A stretch of DNA of 64,000 nt from Octopus vulgaris (GCA_951406725.2 OX597824.1:82274001-82338000); one strand, 5' to 3'. Shown: positions 13,490-25,524, numbered from the stretch's first letter. The notes: a model not told the origin generated them from the sequence alone. Numbers and translations are program-made.

Positions 13490-13829
13490 TGTCCCTGCCG
13501 TAAGGCTTTACTTTGACGCGAGCCAGCTAAATTTAATTCGTGCTTAGTCGAAAGACACTTATTGTTATGTCCTGTTATTTGTATTTGTGTACCATTTCTC
13601 CGTTTTTTTTTCCGTTCTTATTTTTGTATACATTTGCTGCTTTCTTCCAAGGAATCTAGTGCTCTTGGCTTAGTTTTTTCTTGGGGCTGGCCAGATTGGG
13701 GCAATCTCGACAATAACCAACCGACATTGCAAAGATAATCTGGAGCTCGACTGAGGAAAGAAAACTCCGAAAGACCCCTCCTTATTTTCTTTGTATCATC
13801 TGTCTGGATGTTTTGTTGTCCCTTTTTTG

Positions 13830-13835
<6 letters not shown>
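13490..13835 (+). mobile_element. Interspersed repeat family F (probable PLE-derived terminal repeat)
   Basis: Aligns with 49748-50090 (+) and 59550-59710 (-); carries a CTGAGGA..GAAA hammerhead-like core near 13751; ends in (TA)n. Confidence 0.7.
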
Positions 13836-13872
<37 letters not shown>

Positions 13873-14326
13873 AATATATATACATATATACATATTTATG
13901 TATGTACGAATATATGTGCTTGCGTTTGTGCTTGAGTTTGTAGCCCCTGCAACCGAAGTAGATATTGTGGACCCTGTACAGAGCGGCTCGGCCAAATGGC
14001 TTATAAAATAAATACTGCTCTTTAAAATTCTGTTTATTCGTCTCTTCTTCTATTGCTGGCTTTCCATTTGAAAAACAACGGGTAATTTACTATTATACAT
14101 TAGCTGTTGTCTCTCCTATATTTTTCGCAGGATAGTAGCTCCGGGGAATATGTGCTAGTGTTGATTTTCTAGATCTATGTAATACTGTAGTCGATTAAAA
14201 ATGAATCAATTATTGAGCAGACTTAACGTTTCATTTTAATACGCAACACTTGTTTGTCTGAAACGCATATAAGCAAATTATGGATAAGTTATGAATTAAA
14301 AATCTATAATTCTCCATTCTTCTGTG

Positions 14327-14364
<38 letters not shown>

Positions 14365-14637
14365 ATGCGTGTGTATGTGTGTATGCATAAATGCGTATAT
14401 ATATATGTTGGCACCAAATTGTGCTCGACCTCTCGGCAGATAAACTGATGTAGAGTTGGTGACCTTCTGTGTATGTTCTGCGTTTGTCCATGTATTTAGT
14501 GTGTGCCATTCAATTTGACCTTCTGTATCTATTTTCCATTCGTTTGTTTATTAGTTTACATGTTTGACTTATGAAAATATTATTCACGCAACGCAACGCA
14601 ACTTGCTTTTCACCCTATGTGTCTATATATATATATG

Positions 14638-14701
<64 letters not shown>

Positions 14702-14714
14702 CGTATGTATTCAT

Positions 14715-14966
14715 TTATTCTTTTATTCTTTTCTTTATTTCAGTAATTTCACTGTGGCCATGCTGGAGCACCGCCTGTAGTCGAGCAAATCGGCTCCAGG
14801 ACTTATTCTTTGTAAACCTAGTACTTGTTCTATCGATCTCTCTTGCTGAAACGTTAAGTGACAGGGACGTAAACACACCAGCAGCATCAGTTGTCAAGCG
14901 ACGTTGTGGGGACAAACACAGACAAACATATACATACATACATAAATACATACATACATACATACA

Positions 14967-15028
<62 letters not shown>

Positions 15029-15424
15029 TGTATGTATGACGGGCTTCTTTCAGTTTCCGTCTACCAAATCCACTCACAAGGCTTTGGACAAGTCGAGGCT
15101 ATAAGAGAAGACACTTGCCCAAGGTGCCATGCAGTGGGACTGAACCCAGAACCATGATGTTGGTAAGCAAGCTACTTTATTTCAACAATTTTGCCACTAG
15201 GGCAGCACACAGCGTAGCTACGGGCTGGACAAGGACATTAATGGATGATGGTGGTGGTAGATGAAGATGGTGATGGGAGAAGTCAAAAAGCGCACGCCGA
15301 CTCTCGCTTCTCTAAAACAATGTTCAATAATTACATTTAATACAATGATTACAAATTGCAAATTTTAGAGTAGGCAATAAACCTCCTCTTCAAGCTACTT
15401 ACCACACAGCCACTCCTACACCTA
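14715..15424 (-). mobile_element. SINE family A, full length, interrupted by a 213-bp insertion (15178-15390)
   Basis: Tail at 14715-14770, internal (TACA)n/(TATG)n, head resumes at 15391; duplicated CAAGCTACTT flanks the insert. Confidence 0.9.
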
Positions 15425-15848
15425 TTTGTACGTATATGTATACATGTTATGAATGCATGAATGTGTATGTATAAGTGTATATATCGGTGTGTGTATGCAA
15501 TTGTCTCTCAATCTGTGTAAGGCTATGTGTATGTGAGTCTGACAATGACCGTGGAAACACTAGTGTCATTTAAAACAGCTTTTACGAGTAAACAAATAAC
15601 GATCAATAAAAGAGTACCAGTGTGAAATGTACGATGAGATCGACTAAAACTATTTTAACATGCTGCACAATTATGGTCGCAGTCAATGAACGAAACTGGC
15701 AACAGGTATAACACGGATGTGTAGTTAAAGATGTCATTTTTGCAATCTCCTGGTTGTAGGATCGGTTCCATTTCGAGCAGAAGTCGTTCGCTTCAGTCTC
15801 GTGTTACTCAATACCTACTGATTCAGCCTATACAGAAGCTTATTATGA

Positions 15849-15917
<69 letters not shown>

Positions 15918-15944
15918 TGTGTGTCAGTGTGCCTCTGTGTGTGT

Positions 15945-16510
15945 GTGTTTCTTCAGTCATTAGACCACGGCCATGCTGGAGCACCGCCTTGCAAAACTTT
16001 TGGTCAAATAATTCGACCCGCTAGTATTTGTTTTTAAACCTGACACTTCACCGGTCTCTTTAGCTGAACCGTTAAGTTACGGGGACATAAATAACAGATT
16101 GTTGAGCGGTGGTAGGGGACAAACTGAGATACAAGATACAAACAAACATAAACGCATATATATATATATATAATTACAGACACACACACACACACGCGCG
16201 CGCGCACACACACACACATATATATATATACACACACACATACATACGTGTGTGTGTGTGTGTGTCCTTTCTTTTTATAATTTTTACTTGTTTCAGTTAT
16301 TAGACTGCGGCCATGCTGGGGCACCACCTTGAAGAATCTTTAGTCGAATGAATCGACCCCCATTTTTTTTTTTTGTTAAGCCTCGTACCTATTCTATCGG
16401 CTGTCTGTTTACCGAACCGATAACTTACAGGGACGTAAACAGAGCAAGACCGGTTGTCAAACTGTGGGGGCGACAAACAAACACACACACACACATACAC
16501 ACACAAACAC
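15945..16510 (-). mobile_element. Two tandem SINE family A 3' halves
   Basis: Tail motif CAGT(C/T)ATTAGAC..GGCCATGCTGG at ~15953 and ~16293. Confidence 0.8.
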
Positions 16511-16544
16511 ACAAACACACAAACACACAAAATAATATATATAT

Positions 16545-17153
16545 ATATTCTTTATTACCCACAAAGGGCTAAACATAGGGTGGACATACAAGGACAGACA
16601 AAGGGATTAAATCGGTTACATCGACCCCAATGCGTAACTGATACTTAATTTATCGATCCCCGAAAGGATGAAAGGCAAAGTCGACCTCGGTGGAATTTGA
16701 TCTCAGAACGTAGCGGCAGACGAAATACTTATTTCTTCACTACCCACATGGGGCTAAACACAGAGAGGACAAACAAGGACAGGCAAACGGATTAAGTCGA
16801 TTATATCAATCCCAGTGCGTAACTGGTACTTAATTTATCGACCCCCGAAAGGATGAAAGGCAAAGTCGACCTCGGCGGAATTTGAACTCAGAACGTGACC
16901 GCAGACGAAATACCTATTTCTATTTCTTTATTACCCATAAGGGGCCAAACACAGAGAGGACAAACAAGGACAGGCAAACGGATTAAGTCGATTATATCGA
17001 CCCCAGTACGTAACTGGTACTTATTTAATCGACCCCGAAAGGATGAAAGGCAAAGTCGACCTCGGCGGAATTCGAACTCACAACGTAACGGCAGACGAAA
17101 TACCGCTAAGCATTTCGCCCGTCGTGCTAACGTTTCTGCCAGCTAGCCGCCTT
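16545..17153 (-). mobile_element. SINE family B, one head followed by three tandem ~180-bp body units
   Basis: Three repeats of CCCGAAAGGATGAAAGGCAAAGTCGACCTCGG; a single head ends ..GCCAGCTAGCCGCC at ~17151. Confidence 0.92.
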
Positions 17154-17199
17154 CTATATATGTATAAATATAATGGAGAAAAAATACCAAATATATAAA

Positions 17200-17505
17200 T
17201 AGATGAGTAAAACACCGGCGCAGTTTCAATTTCTACTTCCTTTTCTCTCTCTTAACAGTTACAGCAACGAAGTCACATTACGTCATTTTCTCTAAACTAG
17301 AATGTCTACTTTCCTCGTTCATATTTGAACTTTTTGCGTTTCAATAATTTTTCTCTGATTTTACTCATTCTCGAATTTGATATTCTTTAAGCCGACTCAA
17401 GAAATCTCTAGTGAGACATTTTATTGATGTATCCCGAAGAGACCCAGGATGGGTCGAAACAAGTGCTGTACCCAATAAAGTCTATTACATATTCCATCTC
17501 CTATT
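17200..17505 (+). mobile_element. Probable PLE terminal-repeat relic with degenerate minimal hammerhead motif
   Basis: CCGAAGA-GACCC-AGGAT-GGGTC-GAAAC at 17434-17460, flanked by complementary TTTATTG..CAATAAA. Confidence 0.55.
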
Positions 17506-17534
17506 TTATTATGTGTGTGTGTGTGTGTATGTAT

Positions 17535-18214
17535 ACTCTCTTTTGCTCTTTTACTTGTTTCAGTCATTTGACTGCGGCCATGCTGGAGCACCGCCTTTAG
17601 TCGAGCAAATCGACCCCAGGACTTATTCTTTGTAAGCCCAGTACTTATTCTATCGGTCTCTTTTGCCGAACCGCTAAGTAACGGGGACGTAAACACACCA
17701 CCATCGGTTCTCAAGCAATGCTAGGGGGGGACACACACAGACACACAAACACACACACACATATATATATATATATACATATATACGACGGGCTTCTTTC
17801 AGTTTCCGTCTACCAAATCCGCTCACAAGGTATTGGTCAGCTCGGGGCTATAGTAGAAGACACTTGCTCAAGATCCCACGCAGTGGGACTGAACCCGGAA
17901 CCATGTGGTTGGTTAGCAAGCTACTTATCTATCTCTTTACTACCCACAAGGGGCCAAACACAGAGAGGACAAACAAGGACAGACAAACGGATAAGTCGAT
18001 TATATCGACCCCAATGCGTAACTGGTACTTATTTAATCGACCCCGAAAGGATGAAAGGCAAAGTCGACCTCGGCGGAATTTGAACTCAGAACGTAGCGAC
18101 AGACGAAATACCACTAAGCATTTCGCCCGGCGCGCTAACGTTTCTGCCAGATCACCGCCTTTATGATCTGTGATAAGTTAGCAAGCTACTTATCACACAG
18201 CCACACCTGCGCCT
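17535..18214 (-). mobile_element. SINE family A, full length, with a nested SINE B
   Basis: Canonical tail, internal (CA)n/(TA)n; head split by the insertion and completed at ..CACACCTGCGCCTA. Confidence 0.92.
17930..18161 (-). mobile_element. SINE family B nested in a SINE A head, 18-bp TSD
   Basis: Full B copy flanked by GTTAGCAAGCTACTTATC at 17912-17929 and 18177-18194. Confidence 0.92.
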
Positions 18215-18654
18215 ATAATGGAGAATAAAACGATTTATTTTGCACCTGGTAGGTTACTGATAAAGCACGGTCACTTTCACAGAAATCGTTATGTATATGG
18301 CAAATGTAAGAAGGAAGATGGAATATATGAGAATTTCTCATTAATCACAACACGATGCTAAATGTGTCAAAACAATTGTCGTAATTAATAATAAATTCTC
18401 GTATATTTCATCTACAAGAGTAAACAAGAGAGACAGAAACAGACAGAAACAAGGAAAATGCCACTTGTATTTGAACACTAAGCAAATATTCTTTTTAAAA
18501 AAACCCTTTCTTTTAATTTTTCCCAAATTTAATTGTTTTCCATACTTACAGTTGAAAAAGTCTCAATGACTAAAACCGGTACTGAAATGTTTTTTATAAA
18601 ATTATTTTAGCATTTTCTATCTTGACTTGTTTTTCCATATACATACATATATAA

Positions 18655-18685
<31 letters not shown>

Positions 18686-18699
18686 TGTATGCATATTTA

Positions 18700-18890
18700 T
18701 ATACATACATACATATATACATATATACGACGGCTTCCTTTCAGTTTTCTGTTTACCAAAACAACTTACAAGGCGCTTCGGTCGGCCCAAGGCAATAGTA
18801 GAAGACACTTGCCCAAAGTGCCACACAGTGGGATTGAACTCAGAACTATGTGGTCAAGGAGCTAGCTTCTTAGCACACAGCCACGCTTGT
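18700..18890 (-). mobile_element. SINE family A, 5' half
   Basis: ATAGTAGAAGACACTTGCCCAA..GGGATTGAACTC..CACACAGCCAC. Confidence 0.82.
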
Positions 18891-18936
18891 ATGTGTGTAC
18901 GTGCGTATGTGTCTGTGAGTGTGTGAGTGCGTGTGC

Positions 18937-19240
18937 GTGAAGGCGCGTGGTCTTGGGGTTAGGGAATTGCATTTACGATCTCTAGATCATGCGTTCGATT
19001 CCCGGGACGAGCGGCGCCTTGATTTATTAGGAAATCAAGGCGCCGCTTCATTTCACATTGCTCCAGTCCACTCAGCTGTGAATGGGTAACCCTGTGACGA
19101 AATAGGCTTCTGATCTGTGGGGGTGTTGGCCTGCTCCCCTAAATAACGGGGTGACGTCATTCGGATCCTGAAACCATGAAAAGCACGTGGTAACTTGCGA
19201 TGTGGAACAACATCCTGTAATCTGGTCGATATCTGACATA
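18937..19240 (+). mobile_element. Old SINE: D-type head and core with type-2 tail
   Basis: D head and CCAGTCCACTCAGCTG, then TTGGCCTGCTC..GGGGTGACGTCATTCG..AACAACATC shared with C2 copies. Confidence 0.75.
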
Positions 19241-19359
19241 CATGTATGTGTGTGTGAAAGAGAGAGGGAGAAGGAGAGAGAGTTTTGTGTTTTTCTTTTT
19301 ACATTTTCTTATCTGTTACTAATATACATCTATCTCTATAGCTGTAACTATAGATAATT

Positions 19360-19756
19360 ACATACATATATTTATACATATACACATATATACGTATGTA
19401 CATATATATATATATGTATATATATATGTACATATATGTACATATATATGCATATATATATATGTACATATATATATATATGTACATATATATAAATATG
19501 TATATATTTATACATATATACATATATACGTATGTATATATATATGTATATATGTCAACATATATATACATATATATATATGTACATATATATATGTACA
19601 TATATGTATATACATATAAATATGTATATATTTATACATATATACATATATACGTATGTATATATATATATATGTATATATATATGCACATATATGTACA
19701 TATATATGCATATATATATATATGTACGTATATATACCTATATATATGTACATATA

Positions 19757-19806
<50 letters not shown>

Positions 19807-19860
19807 AATATGTATATATTTATACGTATATACATATATACGTATGTACATATATATTGA
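19360..19860. repeat. Degenerate (TA)n/(TACA)n/(TATG)n tract
   Basis: Direct inspection. Confidence 0.93.
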
Positions 19861-20288
19861 TGCGCACACGTATGCACATGAGTGCATATACATATATTAA
19901 CCGACATTGTTACTTATGTAACAATTCCAACGTTGATATATACAACAAAAGCGAAAAATCGATATCCAATTCATAATTCAAGGTTAATCGAATAATGTTT
20001 CCACTGTTCATCAGATAAACAAGTCGGTAGATCAACGTTCATACCAACCGTGGTGTGAAAGAAGTGTGTTGGAGCACGCACTTAACACGTGTTACGGACA
20101 AAAACCAGCCAGACCACTTAAACATCATCGCTTGACCTGGTAAAATTAGTGGCCGAATTTCGAACAAAACACTTCCCACAGTTGTAAACAATCTTAAATC
20201 GAATCATGTTAACTTTCTAACAATCATCTGATGGTTTTTCTTATTTTCAGATGTTTTTGTTTTTTAGAGATATATTTCTGACTCATGA

Positions 20289-21328
20289 TTATTGAAAAGG
20301 TTGCAAGACGCATCGAGAATTTTAGGAAAATACAAATAAGAAATAAGGGGAAATTTTCAAGACTATTGAAAAGGTTGCAAGACGCATGGAAACTTTTAGG
20401 AAAATAAGAAATAAGGGGAAATTTTCAAGACTATTGAAAAAGTTGCAAGACGCATCGAAACTTTTAGGAAAATAAGAAATAAGGGGAAATTTTCAAGACT
20501 ATTGAAAAGGTTGCAAGAAGCATTGAAAATTTTAGGAAAATAAGAAATAAGGGGAAATTTTCAAGACTATTGAAAAGGTTGCAAGACACATCGAGAATTT
20601 TAGGAAAATAAGAAATAGGGGGAAATTTTCAAGACTATTGAAAAGGTTGCAAGACGCATCGAAAATTTAAGGAAAATATAAATAAGAAATAAGGGGAAAT
20701 TTTCAAGACTATTGAAAAGGTTGCAAGACGCATTGAAAATTTTAGGAAAATAAGAAATAAGGGGAAATTTTCAAGACTATTGAAAAGGTTGCAAGACGCA
20801 TTGAAAATGTTAGGAAAATAAGAAATAAGGGGAAATTTTCAAGACTATTGAAAAGGTTGCAAGACGCATTGAAAATTTTAGGAAAATAAGAAATAAGGGG
20901 AAATTTTCAAGACTATTGAAAAGGTTGCAAGACGCATTGAAAATTTTAGGAAAATAAGAAATAAGGGGAAATTTTCAAGACTATTGAAAAGGTTGCAAGA
21001 CGCATTGAAAATTTTAGGAAAATAAGAAATAAGGGGAAATTTTCAAGACTATTGAAAAGGTTGCAAGACGCATTGAAAATTTTAGGAAAATAAGAAATAA
21101 GGGGAAATTTTCAAGACTATTGAAAAGGTTGCAAGACGCATTGAAAATTTTAGGAAAATAAGAAATAAGGGGAAATTTTCAAGACTATTGAAAAGGTTGC
21201 AAGACGCATCGAAAATTTTAGGAAAATAAAAATAAGAAATAAGGGGAAATTTTCAAGACTATTGAAAAGGTTGCAAGACGCATCGAAAATTTAAGGAAAA
21301 TATAAATAAGAAATAAGGGGAAATTTTA
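20289..21328. repeat. 68-bp minisatellite, 15 copies
   Basis: Unit CTATTGAAAAGGTTGCAAGACGCATTGAAAATTTTAGGAAAATAAGAAATAAGGGGAAATTTTCAAGA; units 1, 6, 14 and 15 carry a ~6-bp insertion. Confidence 0.98.
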
Positions 21329-21553
21329 CCGCTGAATGTGTTAAATTATAAGGCACAAAAAAGAAAATGACTCTCCCCAGACATAACAGGATATTTCTGA
21401 TGTTTTGCAAGCTAATAACGAAATTTGTATTAATTTTCCCCCAGAAATTAACAATAAAGAAGTGAGACAGTCGTTTTAATTTATGTCGTTTAAGTCAATC
21501 AAATGCGTTCATTGTGAACATTTCTTAGGTTTGAAGTGTTTATACTCATAAAA

Positions 21554-21670
21554 ATCAACGGCCATATCACGTTGAAAGCACCGGTTCTCGTCCGATCGCC
21601 GAAGTTAAGCAACGTCGAGACAAGTTAGTACTTAGATAGGTGACGGCTTGGGAAACCTAGGTGCTATAAG
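21554..21670 (+). rRNA. 5S rRNA: 5S rRNA copy, probably a pseudogene
   Basis: ACGGCCATATCACGTTGAAAGCACCGGTTCTCGTCCGATCGCCGAAGTTAAGCAACGTCG..GTTAGTACTTAGATAGGTGACGGCTTGGGAAACCTAGGTGCT matches metazoan 5S; C-box region has substitutions and no oligo-T terminator follows. Confidence 0.93.
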
Positions 21671-21682
21671 AGTCACACATTA

Positions 21683-21849
21683 TAGGCGCAGCAGTGGCTG
21701 TGTGGTAAATACCTTGCTTACCAACCACATGGTTTCGGGTTCATTCCCACTGCGTAGCACCTTGAGCAAGTGTCTTCTACTATAGCCTCGAGCCGAACAG
21801 AGCCTTGTGAGCGGATTTGGTTGGCGGAAACTAAAAGAAACCCGTCGTA
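21683..21849 (+). mobile_element. SINE family A, 5' half, directly after the 5S copy
   Basis: TAGGCGCAGCAGTGGCTGTGTGGTAA..CACCTTGAGCAAGTGTCTTCTACTATAGCC. Confidence 0.9.
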
Positions 21850-22181
21850 CCTTCACACTCACCAGATTTAGTGCCTTCAGACTATCATCTCTTTGGCCCC
21901 CGTAAAAGAGGATTTCAGAGGCAAACATTATTCCAGTGACGCGGAAGTGTAAACTGTAGTGAAGAAGTGGCTCAAAGAACAGTCAGCAGAATTTTACGGG
22001 GCAGAGACACATGCTCTCATTCGAAGGTGGAACATTGCTATGAAGAGGAACGGTGACTATGTTGAGGAGTAGGGATGTGATCCACAGAAGACCAGCTTCA
22101 ATTTGATGCATGATACGTGTTCCTGTGTTGGTAATTATAACCGTCCTAAACAAAATGGCATTACTTTTTGACTCACCCTCG
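21850..22181 (+). mobile_element. Mariner transposon 3' fragment with right TIR (different subfamily from 1444-2009)
   Basis: PSHSPDLVPSDYHLFGPVKEDFRGKHYSSDAEV*TVVKKWLKEQ..RWNIAMKRNGDYVEE*; ends in TIR CATTACTTTTTGACTCACCCTCG. Confidence 0.92.
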
Positions 22182-22232
22182 TTTGGGATTTTGCGATATA
22201 TATATATATATATATATATCGCAAAATCCCAA

Positions 22233-22480
22233 GCTCTATTGAATTTGCTTTACGGGAGCAACTGTTATGTCGAAAACGTATCTTTTGAAATGCTCGAAAT
22301 ACGAAGTAGAGAAACAGCCAACAACTGATGAAGGGTTGTTTTTTCGTGTTGCTTGTCTTGTTTTCCGTTTGTTTCGTTCGTTGTTCGCAATTCCATGTTT
22401 TCGTATTTCGTATTTCATGTTGTTTTCGTATTTTATGTTCATTTTATGTTGTTTATGTTCCGTGGTGTCCTGTGCCCATA
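22233..22480. mobile_element. Probable PLE terminal-repeat relic
   Basis: Related to 11640-11960; begins at a fold-back palindrome. Confidence 0.45.
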
Positions 22481-22620
22481 TATGCATGTATATACAAATA
22501 TATGTATGTACATATATGCGTTTATATGCATGTATATTTATATATTATTTATATTATTGTATATGTGTGTGTGTGTGTGTGTCTGTGTGCATATATCACA
22601 CATGCACACACATGTATCCA

Positions 22621-22676
<56 letters not shown>

Positions 22677-22971
22677 AAAAAGGGAGTGAGAGGGAGAGAG
22701 AAAGAGAGAGAATTAGAGACACACGGTCAGATAGACAGACACAGAGAGACAGAAACTGTAAGAGAGGCGGAAGAGATATTTTGTTCAAAACAATCTTTGT
22801 GGATGAATACACCCTCGCACGCGCGAATGCATGTGCTCACGCGTGTGCGCATGTGTATATATGTATGTGATAGATAATAAGAGAGAAACAGAGCTAAAAG
22901 GCAAGACAGACAGACAGACAAACAGACAGTGAGAGAGACAGACAATCAGGTAAACAGACAACCAGATAGGC

Positions 22972-23236
<265 letters not shown>

Positions 23237-23496
23237 GAACGCTCTGCTTTTTTTTCAAATCAAGGAGACGATCGAATCTGGACATATGGCTCTGTGTGTG
23301 TGCGCGCGCGTATGTTTACCTGTGTGTTTATTTCTGTTTGTCTGCTTGCCTGTCTATCTTATGAATTCGAAGATATTTAGAAACATGCTGCAACATGTCT
23401 ATCTGCATCTGTGCATCACGAAACAAAGAGATAAAAACAGAAAAAAAAACAAAAGAAAAAGAACGTAGGAAGTGATTACTGTATTAGGTTATAGTA

Positions 23497-23587
23497 ACGG
23501 TGGTGGTGGTGGTGGTGGTGGTGGTTTCAGAGGAGGTAGTGGAGGAGTTAGTGGTGGTGGTGCACAATATATATGGCGGCAGCAGAG

Positions 23588-23637
<50 letters not shown>

Positions 23638-23714
23638 GGTGGTGGTGGTGGTAGTGATGGTGGTGGTAGTGATGGTGGTGGTGGTGGTGGCGGTGGTGGC
23701 GGTGGCAGCGGTGG

Positions 23715-23745
<31 letters not shown>

Positions 23746-23895
23746 GGAAGCGATGCTGATTGCTCTGATGGTGGCGGTGATAGAGTTAGTGAAGGCGGTG
23801 GCGCCAGCGGCGGCGGCGGTGGAGACTGTAGCAGTAGTGGTTGAATCGGTGGTGGTGGTGGTGGTGGTGGTGGTGGTGGTGGCGACGGCGGCGGT
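23497..23895. repeat. Degenerate (GGT)n/(GTT)n/(GGC)n trinucleotide tract
   Basis: Direct inspection; source of the poly-G/P/V ORFs. Confidence 0.9.
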
Positions 23896-24200
23896 AGGGG
23901 AGGAAATCTCACATTCATAAGAGAGCAGCTGTGACCATGCTCCCTGCCTCTTTTGTTACCGCACATCTACACTCTCTCTACACTTCCTCCATGCATGCAC
24001 ATTCGGCCTTCATAGCAAACAAGCACTCACACACACACACACACACAAACGTATATAGATACATGTAAGCACATGCACATCACTCTCAGGTACACACAGA
24101 CCGGCAGTAAGTAAACCAACCACTACACAAACATAAATATATATACATGCACATAAATATATATATGCATATATATATTTATATGCATATATATATATAC

Positions 24201-24250
<50 letters not shown>

Positions 24251-24394
24251 ATACATACAATTAAGTATGTATATATATATATATATATATACACATATAT
24301 ATATGTGTGTCAAAACATATGCGCACACATTATTCACATATGTGTGTGTGTGTACATATGTATACATACCTATATATGTAAACGCACGCACATA

Positions 24395-24437
<43 letters not shown>

Positions 24438-25005
24438 TATATACTATATACTATATGTATATATATATATTTATATATAACTACACATATGCCTCGCTCA
24501 AGGGGTTCAGTGTATTTAGCAAGCAATCTGAATCTAAATTTAGCTATGATGCAATATGCGAATACATAAAATGTCTCTAGTGTTCCACATGGATGCCTTC
24601 AGCGCAAACAATATATTTTCAAAATGGCGACAGGCATTCGTAAAATATATCGCTGAATGACAATGAAATCTTGAGATCAATTCAAATTAATAGTTGTCAT
24701 AGAATTTCCACGATTATTTTGTAAACTATATAAGTTTTTTTAGGACTTTGCTGATCTCCATGAAATCGTTATCTCATTCTTATTTCAATCATAAGTTCAG
24801 CGGCCATGCTGGGGCACCCAAATTGAAGTGCTTAGCTTAGTGGTTCTCATCCTGGGTCCGTGTGATTCCTGGGGGTCCATTAAGATATTTTATGTTAAAA
24901 TTTATGTACAATAAACTGCGTATACTTCTGTAATACCCGAAATATTTTCATTTTTGTTTTTTATACAATTCCTTATATTTGATTGTAAAAATACAGTAAG
25001 ATCTT

Positions 25006-25042
<37 letters not shown>

Positions 25043-25074
25043 ATGTGTGTGTGTGTATGTGTATGTGTGTGTGT

Positions 25075-25372
25075 GTGGACGTGCAATGGCCCAGTGGTTA
25101 GAGCAGCAGACTCGTGGTCGGAGTATCGCAGACCGGGCCTTTTGAGTGTTTATTGAGCGAAAACACCTAGATCTCCACGAGGCTCCGTCAGAAAGTGGTG
25201 GTGATCCCTGTTGTACTCTTTCGCCCCAACTTCCTCTCACTCTTTCTTACTTAACTTTTTCTTGAGTAACGCTGCGATGGACTGGCGTCCCGTCCAGCTG
25301 GGGGGAACACATACACCATAGAAACCGGGAAACCGGGCCCATGAGATTGACTAGGCTTGAAAAGAGCGCATA
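25075..25372 (+). mobile_element. SINE family C with tail type 3
   Basis: Head with internal deletion, C body, tail GAGTAACGCTGCGATGGACTGGCGTCCCGTCCAGC. Confidence 0.88.
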
Positions 25373-25524
25373 AATAAAAATAATATATATATATATATTT
25401 TATCATAATATATCTTCCATTATGTTTAACATTATTCTCTATTATACTCTTCTGAGACATTTAACTTTGAATTTGTTGTAGCAGTAAAATTTTTCTATAT
25501 TTAAGAGATGAGGAATTATGTACA

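Noticed and set aside
15194-15212. CTCF-like motif TGCCACTAGGGCAGCAC
   Set aside because: Core is two G short of the consensus and a single imperfect hit is expected by chance
20289-21328. CRISPR-like array
   Set aside because: Units are contiguous near-identical repeats with no unique spacers, there are no cas genes, and the context is eukaryotic
23472-23966. Gly-rich or Pro-rich structural protein exon
   Set aside because: All frames are translations of a degenerate (GGT)n/(GTT)n tract; no non-repetitive domain or supported splice structure
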